A stretch of DNA of 64,000 bases, taken from contig NMRA01000368.1 in the NCBI GenBank assembly GCA_002633005.1, positions 45,160 through 109,159 on the forward strand, written 5' to 3'. A program made the position numbers and the translations under genes. Positions 52,501 through 64,000 of this stretch are shown here, piece by piece; within the stretch, counting starts at the first letter, position 1; the number at the start of each line of letters is the position of its first letter. Below the pieces are notes generated by a model, which worked only from the letters and a program-made list of their open reading frames with translations, had not been told where the DNA came from and did not search any database. This DNA is from Phoronis australis (taxonomy: Eukaryota > Animalia > Phoronida).

Positions 52501-55500
52501 TTGAAAAGTGTAAACATTTGAAGATGTCTTCCTTCTACATCACCATGTGTATATTACATCATTCTTAATTTATTCCATGTAATCTTTCCAAGTCCCATAA
52601 TCTAAAAGTCAATGAACAACAGGCTTTAACATGGGGGACCCTGCAAAAATTCTCAAAATGTTCTTGGCACATGCTTTATGAGAATAAAGCATTTGAGTAT
52701 TATTTGAGCTTACTCAGGCCTTAGCAGTTGGAGTCTTCCCAAAATACCAGATAAGGAGTAAACTAACATCGACTAGATGAAACTGTTGAATAGATTCTAC
52801 AAATTAGGGAATTTTGCTTCAGTAGCTTCACCTAGTATCTGTGTAGGATATCAGATTAATCTCAAATTTGCTGACAATAGCCTTAAAATTTTCATGGTAT
52901 AATTGCCATCATCCTGATTGACAACTTGTTGACTTCAGTGCAGTGAAACAATAATTAAAATATGATCCATTTAAGTCATGGCAGACAAGTGAAATCTTAA
53001 CTAGTAGTAGTACCAAATGAGCTTTATGCCTCATCAATTTCAAATTTTACTTCCATGGCTATTGTGTGCTTTGAAGGCAATAGTGACTCTTACAGGTGTC
53101 CTACATTTTGAGAACCAGTTTGATGCACTGGAGAAAACTGGCTCTCAAAATGCAGGAGAACTATTGAAAGTACTTCAAGGTTCCTCCTTGTCTGTTTTCA
53201 TAGTCCTAATGAATAGAGGTGTAATTGATGGTGACCAGAAAGAGGATGGAACCGCTGGCGTCTGGGTTTTGTCCGCCCCTCCTGCTGAAGAACCTGTCAT
53301 TTGAAAGCTGAGACCTGTCTTGCCAGGGCTCTTGATGCCTCGATTTTGCAACTGAATAACAGCTCCATTCCTTCCTGAAAATATTTTCAAAGCATGCGAT
53401 TTAAAAGCACTCATAATTCCTCTTACAAGGCAAAAAATTCCTTTCAAGTTTAGAATCGCTTTTTAACTGTCCCGTGAATTGGTTTTCATTAAAATCACTT
53501 TTTACTGATCCATTCCTTGAAATGGTGGTGACCAGGAGGTGTGTGATTTCCCTCCCCAAAAATTCCCCTCTCAGGAGGCATAACCACCTATCCTCTAGCT
53601 ACCCTGCTAGCTCATGCTCAGCCAGTTGCAATATAAAATTCACAAAAGCTAAAACATATTCTCTGAACCGCGAGAACTCGTTTGAAGTTAATCTGCTTGT
53701 TGTCGCTATTGGGCTCTCAGATGATATGCATTTGGATTTCTACGCTCTTTCTTGTGCCTTTAGAGTGTTTTACAACCACTGGTTAGCTTCTTGGTAATAG
53801 GTTCTTGACCCACAAATTTGTTTTCAAGGGCCAACTATGTAAGGGAGAATCAGATTCGTTTGACAGCCTACCCTCAAAGAGCAAACAAAAGCCAATGGAA
53901 GATCAAATGTTTGTTTTCTACTGTTTGTATCTCCTTAATGGGCTTAGAATGCCTCTTCTTTTTCTAGGATGTGTCTTGATATTGAGGCATTTTTCATTTA
54001 AAGGGAACTGGAGTCATCCATGTGTTACATAAGTAATGCAATATCAGCTTGGATCATGTGTTGGGTTTTAATGATAATGTAGTTCCACTAAGATATTGTC
54101 TTAATGGCAGATCTCTTAACATTGGAATTTGGAGGTATAAATGTGATATTAGTCTGGGGATGCCGTCACAACACAGATGGCTAGGTGTGGCATTGACCAT
54201 TTTTTTTCTGTCTGGAGTTTTGAATCTTTGCTGCCTCAGGTGCACGTTGTTTATGTAGTCACGTTTGATTTATATACAGTAAAATCTCACCAATTTCAGA
54301 TAAAGATAATTACGAAAAGTGTGCTTTTCTCATCTTGCAATGTCTTCTTTCTTTGTTTTGAGTGCCTAAAAATTTTCAAAATTTTACGTGATGCTCTAAA
54401 TTGCACAAAACTTGTTAAAACATTAAGTTGGTGCTATACATCTTGTTTGAAAAAATAAGAAAATAAATTTCAGCTGTTTCCTAAATTAAAGAGACTTGCC
54501 ATATTTTCATCTTTTGGTATTGTATTTGTATCCGTTTTGTATATTTGGTATTGTTTTATGTTGGCGTTTTCATCATTTTCTGTAATCTTGGTTCTTATTT
54601 TTACATTTGTCGATCTGTAAAGTATTGGCATTGACGTAGATTTTTGACTGCCTGCAGGCAGATAGTGTCAGTTAATGCTTTACCCTCCAATCCCTCCATT
54701 GCTCATGTTTTTGTACAAGAGAGCAAGTGATTTTGAAAATTCAATGGGCATGCATTGGAATGTTGGGAGGTCTGTCACAGGTGGTACAAAATGGCAAAAG
54801 ACTGTGTTGGAAGCTAGTAAAGCCAGTGTCATCAAGTGCTCATTGCAATTAGACTATATATTTACAAAACCCTATTTAAACATCATAATAGCCAATGCTA
54901 AGAGATTTCAATGAGTGTATTGGCTATTTATAAAGGTGTTATGCATACAAACTTACATACAACAGTTTTCTATTGTGCCTATATCCTGATATCATATTAC
55001 AGGTAATTTTCTGCTGTTTGCATCTGAATAAACTGGATTAAACCTTTTGAAAATATTAAGGCATCCCTTCTTGAAGTTCACAGCTTTGGTAACTCCCTGT
55101 TTTTGTTATAATTTCATTTGAAACACATGAAATAACAGTTTGATATTATTTTAGTTCTTTTGAAGTGAATCAACAATTTGGACACATTTACTGAAACTAG
55201 TACATTGGTTTTCTAAAATAGTTGATGAATTTCATTGAAATTTGTCTAGTTTCGCCAAAGTTAGGGTGAAGGGAAACAGGGTAGAAAAAACACAAATGAA
55301 TTTGTTGCTTTAAAATTTTTCTGATTTTCAACTAGAAGTAATATCAATAAATTTTTTAAACGACTGTAGTTATCCGTGATCGTTCATATAATGTCTCGGA
55401 AGATTGGAAGAAACAAGCCCATGGATTCACGGAAGTGACTGGTGCATTTGTATGTTCTATACATTCAAGATGCTTGCACTGCACTTGCAGTGAAAAGTCT

Positions 55501-58500
55501 CCATTTATGGAAGAGGAGCAGGGAATTGTATTCTAAAATTCAACATTACTGGCCAGTGATTTCACTGCAAGGGTGCTAGTCATCTTCCCTGTGTACTTGT
55601 GAAATGATCCCTCTTTTTGTGTGATTTTGGGAGGACCTGCGTGCTCTTACTTTTTCTGTAGACTAGTCTACAGACTGCAGGCCAAGAATGTGGTGTGTTT
55701 GTCTTAAAATCGAGGTAGGCAGCTGTCTAGCTTTTTTGTGACGCAAAGAATAGAAGTGCCCAGTGTTAGCCAAACATCTATATGAACAAACCCAGCTAAA
55801 CTTCCAAATCATTACTTGTCTATTGTGTTTTGAAATATGAAATTCACACTGGGTAGTTGTGTGAAGAAAAGGCTGCTTTCCTTTTTATTGGTCTGAAAAT
55901 AATTGCTAAATGGACCATATTAGTTGTTCCAGTGCACTTGTCATAACTTCACCTCATCCAGGGTCAACTGGCTGTAAAATTAGTGGTTAGACATTTCATT
56001 CATAAAAGGGGGACCTAGGAACAATACCTGGAAAGAGGACAGTGGCAGGGATAAATGTGTATTTGGTAACCACCTGTTTTGTTTTTCCCCCTTTTTACAG
56101 GTCATGACATCAGTGACACCTGGGCTTGGAGTCTGATCTCTGTACCTGTTGTCTAATATCTGTAGTTGAAGGTGATGAGCTTGAAAATTGACCAATTGCA
56201 TGTCACAATTAAACTTGCAAGTTTGTACTGGAATCGTGCAACACGATTGGTTAATTTTCGTCTCTGAGTGAGAGTCAGTTCTGTGTGCTGAGAGTAGATG
56301 CTGGTCCCTGGTGATTTTGAAACAGAATGACTTGTTAACATTTTGAACTTCCTTACTCCTCTTGGTGTTGAAGTTGTTGGAAGTCATAAATCAAGGAAGC
56401 AATTGAAAGAATGATTAGTCATAGTTGAGAAGAGGCCAAACTGAAAGAGTTTTATGGGTTGAAAATATGTGTTGTTTGTAAATCTATGGCAGATGGAGAT
56501 AAGATATTATCTGCTCAAAATAAACAGAATTTTAGGTCGTGCATATCGTTCACTGACATTTTTATATTAGTCTACATTATTGTTTGCTACGCATCTTCTT
56601 GTAGTACTTTTATATAAGCGCTTCGCTCTTCTATATTAAAGACCTTCGGTCCTTCCAGGAGCTGGAATCTAATTTTCAATATTGAATGTTGTCTTAAAAC
56701 AAGCCTTGACTGAATGGTATTTAAACTGTCACATGTTGGCTTCTTCTCATGGCTCACAGAGTGTATCAAAGGTTCTCTAAACTTTGTTAACAATAATCAA
56801 ATATTTAAGAAAAACCTTTGGTGAGTTACACAATTGCTACAATAACACACCCTCTGAAGCGTCAGAATGGGAAATCCTTAAAGAAAATAAAACAACTTTA
56901 ACAGGGAGTTAAAAGTTGTTTGACACCTGATTACAACCAAACAACCCAGAAAAGAACTAAGCACATGCCTCTGTATTGCCTAATGGCCATTTCTTGGATG
57001 AACCCCTAATAGTCAAATTTTAGGAATGGTGGATTAGTCAGATTTTGATTGAAGTAGTCTACTGTTTTTGCCGGAATGGGCAAGTGCCTGTGCCCCCAGG
57101 GCATCTTAAGTCCAGCATCATGAATTTGTGTCACGTTAATTCTTCAGTTGTTTCACACAAAAATAATTTCGAAGAACGCCATTTTCCATTTTTAAAGGCT
57201 GAATTAACTTTCTACAAGTAATGTGACATGTCCAATAGGTGGTGTGCAAACCAGACTCAACATGTTTGTGAACTAACCAAATGTTGTTCTATGACACCTA
57301 CTTAGTGCATGGGTCCCCATATTGTGTGCTGAAGAGGTGAAGAACTACCATATGGTGTCTTGCGTGATGCTTAGGAGGTGATATTGTCATGGTCAAATGG
57401 ATGGAAGAGGCCAAGGAAGCTAAGTGCCAGATGTGTTTCATTGCTCAGAGCTGACTTGGCAAATATGCCGAAATAACCCATAATTGATCACACCTTTCTA
57501 AAACCTTCAATGAATGCTACCATATATTTAGTTTCTTTTGATGCAATAGACAGTAGTTTGATAACCTTCCTTGGGGTTATCACCAGGTTCTTTACATGTT
57601 TTATTTTGCCAGGAAGCCCCACACTGGCTAGTCAAAGTCAAAGTCAATACCACATTTACAAACTGGAAACGCCAGCAGTTAGGGATAAGTCAATCTGCCA
57701 GCACAGTGCCAGCAAAAGTGAGCCTAGCAGACGCTCATATTACTGACGAAAGTGCTAGTGAGAACGCTAGGGTTTTAGCCAGTTTGAGAATGGAAGCTAG
57801 CGAAAATTGATGTTGATATTCACGCTTGTTGCACTTGCTGAAATCTATCTGCATGCTAAAGTTCAGATAAAACACTCAAAGATTGGTGGATGAATAGCTC
57901 CGCAGAAGGAAAATATGAAAAATGCTTATCATAGTTCCATCTTGCATTTCACTTCGTCTAAAAGTGAGCTTTTGAGGAGTTTTGTGCAGAAACTGAATTT
58001 CTTGTCTTGAGCTTGGAGCTTTATGAAATATTGTGGGACTCTTTATGCTTAGGTGATGTTTCCTATTTACCACCAGGTGGCTCAACTAAATCTGTTGCAG
58101 CTAACTAGTGAATTGGTCATGTGAGAACAAATTCAACAGTGAAACTGTGTTGTATCGCAGACTGCAATTACCACATGGCCATTTACTTCATTTGCCCAGT
58201 TTACATTTGATAAGCTATGGAGAGTGGCTTAAGAAATGCCATGCGGATCTTCTGATGAGGTGCTAGAAGTGGCCATGAGAGTTTCCTGGAATTACTGTGT
58301 TCACAAAAGTGGAATTATGTGGAAGTTTTTCTTTTGCTTTTTCATGAGTTGGAAAAAATTTCATGCATTCCCTCTGTCTGGACGAAGGTTTTGAAGACAG
58401 TGACTATACAGTGAAAATGATGGTGGCACCTGGTATCTGTTAACTATGGCATTCCATTATCCTATGTGGGATCAAATGAGTAGAAATTATAGGTTTATCT

Positions 58501-61500
58501 GATTGAGGTTTAATTAAATAACCCCCCAATGACATTAACTGTAATTCTTCATGATTGAGTGCAGGAGTCTACCCTCAAGCCACAGTTGATAAATTTGCTG
58601 ATGTCAGCAAATTCAGAGATTTGCCATGAGGATTCAATTACATGCGTTAAAGTAAGGTCACATTGTGAGAAATGAAAATGCATGCCAACAGACATTACTG
58701 ATGAGAGGATGTAAACTTAGTATCTTCCTGGACAGATTTAGAAATCCTGAAAACTGATAATTTTCTTCCTCAGTGGGACATTATATCTCTTGAAGGTGAA
58801 ATTTCAGAATCTGCTCTACAAATTAATGCATCATCCTAATTAGTTGTGGAAAATAAGCTATGAATTCTAAAAAGTTGATATCAGTGTGAAAATAGCTTAC
58901 GGATAACCAGGGCTATGAGGCAGTAGGGAAATCTCAACTTAAGATTAGCCATTCTGACACCACCAGACAGATCATGATCAGCTCTGGCTGGTAGGTACTC
59001 CATTTGTTATTGTCCGTGATTTATCAACAACGAGTTTCATGTTCTGTGGATTACTTTATTGGCTTAGTTGGCCCAGTTCAGTGCAGCTGAGCCTGGTGAA
59101 GTTTCCTCTAACACCTCCAACTTGAACCCCCTCTGGTGTTGTGCAATATGGAGCTGTTCCTGTCCACATTAAGCCACTTGCCCACAGGCTACACGTTCCA
59201 CTGCAAATTCTCATTATGAGCAAGGTGGCCCCTCAAGTAGAAGGCTATGCTGGCACTGTTGATAACTTGGTAAAATTCCTCATATTCTCTGGATGAATTT
59301 GTTCCTGAGGCAATTTAAGCTGAACAACTGAACTCTAGGTCGCAGTTTCATTCGTGGATCTGCCTAGTTTATTGTGAGGGATGTGCCCGTGTGGGTCCAA
59401 CCACAATTTTCGAAGTACCACAGCTTACCAATACCATTTTTGTTTGTTTCCTTTATTTTTGGTTGTGTTCCTTGTGGGACCCAACAAGTAGTTATCTTGG
59501 TGATCTTTGTTAGAATGTATTGAGTCATAGCATTTTTATTTTATATGCTATTGTCATAAAAGCATGATCAATGAACTTATACTTGGCCTTTTTCAAGGGT
59601 GGATCCAACATTTTACGAAGAAGAGGTTTCTTAAGAGAATTCTATATCACAAGCAATGAGTAAAAAACCAACAATGAAATTTTGTGCCCAGCGATCTATA
59701 GAAATTAAACAAGACAGTGTCTAGTTTTTGTTTGCTGCTTTAGCAGGACTGCCTGAATCCCTCCCATGGGTCCTTCTATATTTTTAGATCACCGTTGGCT
59801 GTGCTAAAATGCACGTTAGCTATTGTGGTTGTGTATTAGTCATAGCAAATTGGGACACGTAGATAATTTTGAAATCAACAGTCAAAAGCTGCGATAACAA
59901 AGGGAATGACACGCTAACTTTCGCAACATATTGAAAGCACGCGTGGATAAATAAGTCAACTGAAAGACGTGCCATCTTGCCCTATTTTTATGGGTGGAAG
60001 CAATGGACATTACATCATTTTTTATTTTTCAAACTACCTGTTCACACATTTCAATGTTAGGTATAGTCTGCAGAACACAAAAGAAAAAATACTAAATCCC
60101 TTGGAATAGGTTAGTGTGACTAGTTGTGGTGAAAGACATTGAACCTTGTTACACAGTGGCTGTGCTAATGCACATGTAATATGTTTTTCTTTACCAGTTA
60201 CCTGTGAAATACCTGAGGCTAACTAAACACACTTTCATTCATAAAGTTACACCTGTCTGTGACCTCTTCACTCCAGGCTTGTCTGACCCCTTTTCATTGT
60301 TTATGTTTTGATTTCCTTATCTACTAGTTAAAGCCTGTGTTTTCTTTTAACATCTTTGGTGTGAATGGACTGTGTTAATTTTACTCTTATGACCACAGCT
60401 TATTGGTTTAATCAAACAGGACAACACCTAATTCCCTCTAGCATGGGGTTCACAAGAGGACCTCGTAGTCCTTTTTAAAATCTAGAAAAAAAATCTTTAT
60501 TGCTCCTTTAAACATTTCGAAGTGGTTCATTTTGTTTTAAACTTGAAATTAAATTTTTCTAATTCCTGAAATTCGTGTAATATTAATATGAAAATGCTGT
60601 AATCTGCAGAGGACTTGCTTGATAGCTGCTGAATAATGTTGGTATTGTTGTTGCGCGCCCCTTGTATTGATGAAAGTGTGATTAAATAGAAATCGCAACA
60701 CTAGAGTGTTGATGTTTTTACACCCTAACATCTGTTTGGGTTAACACCCCCTTCTGCAAATCGCATACCCCTTGATTTTCGACATTTTCACTTTTGAATG
60801 CATACTCCCTTCACTTTTGAATGAAAACCCCCATCTTCATTTTTGAGTGGATGCCCCCCCTCTTCTTCCGAGGAGGGCTTTTTCTATCCACGTTTTTTCA
60901 AAAGCCAAATGCCTTAATTGCAATTTTCCATACCCCAAAACTGGAAATGCACAGTGATGTAACTTTTACTTTAATTTGGGACAACATTTTCTGCTGACAT
61001 TGATCTCTTTTGATGTTTTCAGAGGTTTTACTGCATCACTGCAAATATTCATGTGTTTGCAAAATCTTTTGTTGTGACGGCTGTACCATACGTGTTAAAA
61101 GTAAAATTTCCTGAAATTTTTTGATAAATTTTTCACAAAAAAATTCTACTTAACAACCATGCTGAATCGAAAAGTGGAAAATTTAAAAGTGAAGCCAGTT
61201 TCTTGTGAGAAATTCAAACAAATAAAATTCCATTTGTTGGCCATGTCGTACACTAAATTGAAGAGCGTTTACCACACTATCGGTGGAGAAAAGCCGTGTC
61301 ATCAACCGAACTGTGAATTGACTTGAAACATTCTTTCCAATCTTGGAAAACACTCAACATATTAACTTAAGACTTTCTGTTTCTCTTATAATGGATTGTT
61401 TCTCTTAAATCTTGGCTGTTTTCACTTACTTAGCACACAGTATGGCCTACAAGTGAAATTCTTCTTTGTCATATTTCTTTACAAAAGTATAAAGTAAATA

Positions 61501-63449
61501 AATATTAGTCTTCAGCAGCATGGTTTGTACTGTGTAGCTGTCATTAAACAACATTTGGGAAATATGCCATTATTTGTTGTAAAATAATAACTTTTGAAAT
61601 ATGGATAACTGCAATTATGGCAATTATTTTTGCACGAAAAAGTGGAGAATTATCGTAATTGAAAAGATACCTACAGACTGAAATATTGTCACCTTGTTTG
61701 TAAACTACTGACAAACTATGTGAAACCATAGGTGTAAACTTGACTTGCAAAATACTACATGGTATTATTTTCTATACTGTACTTGAACAGGATGCTTGAT
61801 TTGGAATTTCCACAGAGTGGGCGAGCAGTTCATAAAAATTAAGGAGCCCTTACTGATGTCAAGTGCAAACAACTCAATAAACTAATGGAGGGGACTGTTT
61901 AGTCTGAGGCACTTCTTGATTTAGTAATGGATAATGTTGTGTATTTGTCTTGAAATAGTGTTTCCCTTTTTCACATCATCAGGTGGCCTTGCTCTCAGGA
62001 ACAAGAAAATGGAAAATATGAATCCAATTAGGGGGTTCTCCCATTAGGAGGGATTGGTGGGAATTTGTTGCCTGCTTGGAATTTTATTTTTTGTTGTGAT
62101 CTGAGTTTTCGTTTCAGGTAGGTATTTTGCATTCTCGGGTAACATCTTGGGTGAGTAATTTACTCTCTCAGGTACCATTGTGGGTTAGTTCTTTACCCTA
62201 TCAAGTGTCGCTGGTAGTTGGGTATTTTGATTTAGGTGGGTGGTATGTATTGGTAAATGGAACAGCGAAAGTGACATTTATATTTTGTGGGATGGCGTTG
62301 TTGAACTTGGTACCCGTTTCCAATGTACACCTGTTTGGGTCTCTTTTTAAATCTGGTGGGTCTCTTTGTATGAGAGCCCCCCCAGATCAAGTCAAATATG
62401 GGTGTGAAATAAATATTCATAGAAATATCTCTTGTGATTGGTCTTTGTTTCTCATTCGTGCAAAGGCGATATTTTTATTAGAGTTTTGCCATGGTGCTCC
62501 TAGCAGTAACAGTTTAGAATTTCCTAAAGAAAGGGGCGTGCAAGCATTGTTGATTCCCTTGGATCTTCAAACACCAGGTGAGGCTCCAATCTCCAGATGA
62601 TTTCTGCTTGGATGGCTGGTTTCCATACCTCTCTGCTTCTCTGTGGTTTTAAGAACATTGAAAGGAATTGTTGCGGGCAATGCCACGATTTTTGAACTGG
62701 TGATCCTGCGTGTAAAACTGTAAATCCTGAGTCAACTGTAACAAGACCACTCACTGAAATGCAAACAACATCAGATTTCCTTTTGTGCCGTCCTAAATGC
62801 AAAAACATTTGCTAAATAGGATGCTTTTCATGAAAGACCACATTCAACTTAAATCTAAGTGGACAAAATATTAGCTCAGAAAAACTCCATTTACCAATGG
62901 TTTTTAAATTAGTATTTCCTGCTGTAGGAAGGGAATGGATATGTTTGTTTTTGCAGTTAGGTTTTGGTTGCACCTTTCCTAACATTTCACCTTAGGATTA
63001 TATTTTTCTTAGATCAGGTGCCTGTGTTTCCCATTTGCTCTGACCCTATGGTGAACCCTGTCATCAAACAATTCAACAGTGCTGTCAGCTTTGTTTGGCA
63101 CATGGAAAAGGGATTTCCTGAGAGATTATGGTTACGCTTGATCTGAAGTAGCTGGTACAAAAAGAGCCCTCTCTAAAGTAGAATTGATGACAGATTTATT
63201 AGGGCCATTGTTTCCGGCATGCTACTGGCACTGAACCTTATAGCAAATACCAGAATACCTTTATGTTAAGTTCACATGGTATAAACACAAGTAGTTGTTC
63301 AGTGCCAAATATACTGACATTTTTGTCAGAAAAGAGTGCTGTCTGAGAAGCGGCCATTTTTGACAGCAGTTAGTTTGCTTCCTCACCAAATGCAATGTCT
63401 GATGTCAAATCTTGTAGTCCGTCAGCACTAAATCGATGACCACAAAACT

Positions 63450-63647
63450 CCCATTTAGACGTTAACTTTTGGCCCCGCGCCACTGACATGGAGCAAATTA
63501 ACCTGTGTCAAGCAGCCCAGATGATCCGTGTATATTTTTGAAGTGCAAAAGATTAACACAGTCTTCCCTCCGCCTACCTATAGTCCCATTTAGACATCAA
63601 CTTTGGTCCAGCGCAACTGACACGGTGCAAATTGATTGGTGCCAGGC
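63450..63647. repeat. Diverged direct repeat of about 60 bp (period about 135)
   Basis: cccatttagac.t.aacttt.gg.cc.gcgc.actgaca.gg.gcaaatt at 63450 and 63585. Confidence 0.6.
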
Positions 63648-63834
63648 GTCCGTTTACACACACAACTCACTAACTGTGGCAAGACGGAAATTGTAGGCTG
63701 GAGAGTGTATCACACTTGTTTAAGTTTATAAATCATGGGAGTTGAAGAAACAAAGAACCTGTATTGAGGTCGTTACACAAGTGCAGTAGAGATGATTCTT
63801 TCCGCCTTGCCCCAGTTTTGCGTTTAGACACGTA

Positions 63835-64000
63835 CCGTAATCGTTCGGGTTAACGCCCTGGGCGGTTAAATTGGCGAATCCAAAAAATCAGGGGAGGGCG
63901 GTTAACCGAGCAGTGGGCGGTTAAATCGAAAATCCACCTAAAGTAGGGGATGGGCGGTTAACCGAACATGGGCGCTTATTACGACAGACAACCGCCCTGG
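63835..64000. mobile_element. Left end of a Tc1/mariner/pogo-like element (TA|CCGTA), truncated by the window edge
   Basis: ta|ccgtaatcgttcgggttaacgccc is followed by four gggcggttaa subterminal repeats. CpGs are intact within a CpG-poor background. Confidence 0.6.

Noticed and set aside
58698-58735. CTGATGA followed by a possible stem, as a second hammerhead
   Set aside because: No GAAA core follows stem II.

Overview
Animal (invertebrate-like, AT-rich) genomic DNA from a draft assembly, with a 599-N gap at 23555-24153 and single Ns at 15184 and 31371. It is not prokaryotic. The only protein-coding gene I can support is Wnt10 on the + strand. Four spliced coding exons (10188-10459, 18083-18369, 22125-22265 or 22271, 25386-25727) join in frame through GT-AG junctions into about 346 aa. 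The signal-peptide exon was not found and probably lies upstream of the window. The rest is intronic or intergenic DNA rich in small mobile elements: a Penelope-like retroelement remnant with a hammerhead ribozyme in an inverted pseudo-LTR, a Kolobok-type TTAA element spanning the gap, CA...TG MITEs with 5-bp TSDs (hAT5-like), Harbinger-like MITEs, palindromic elements and tRNA-derived SINE heads. At about 38.6 kb the sequence switches sharply from CpG-normal to CpG-depleted. This suggests the methylated body of a second, unidentified + strand gene, with candidate first exons ending at 38485 and 43624. The latter ends in ATG|GTAAGT and sits beside a tandem E-box cluster. I found no convincing wholly new biological system. 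The best leads are the Penelope ribozyme, the methylation boundary with its E-box promoter, the tandem splice donors in Wnt10 and the 5-bp-TSD MITE family.
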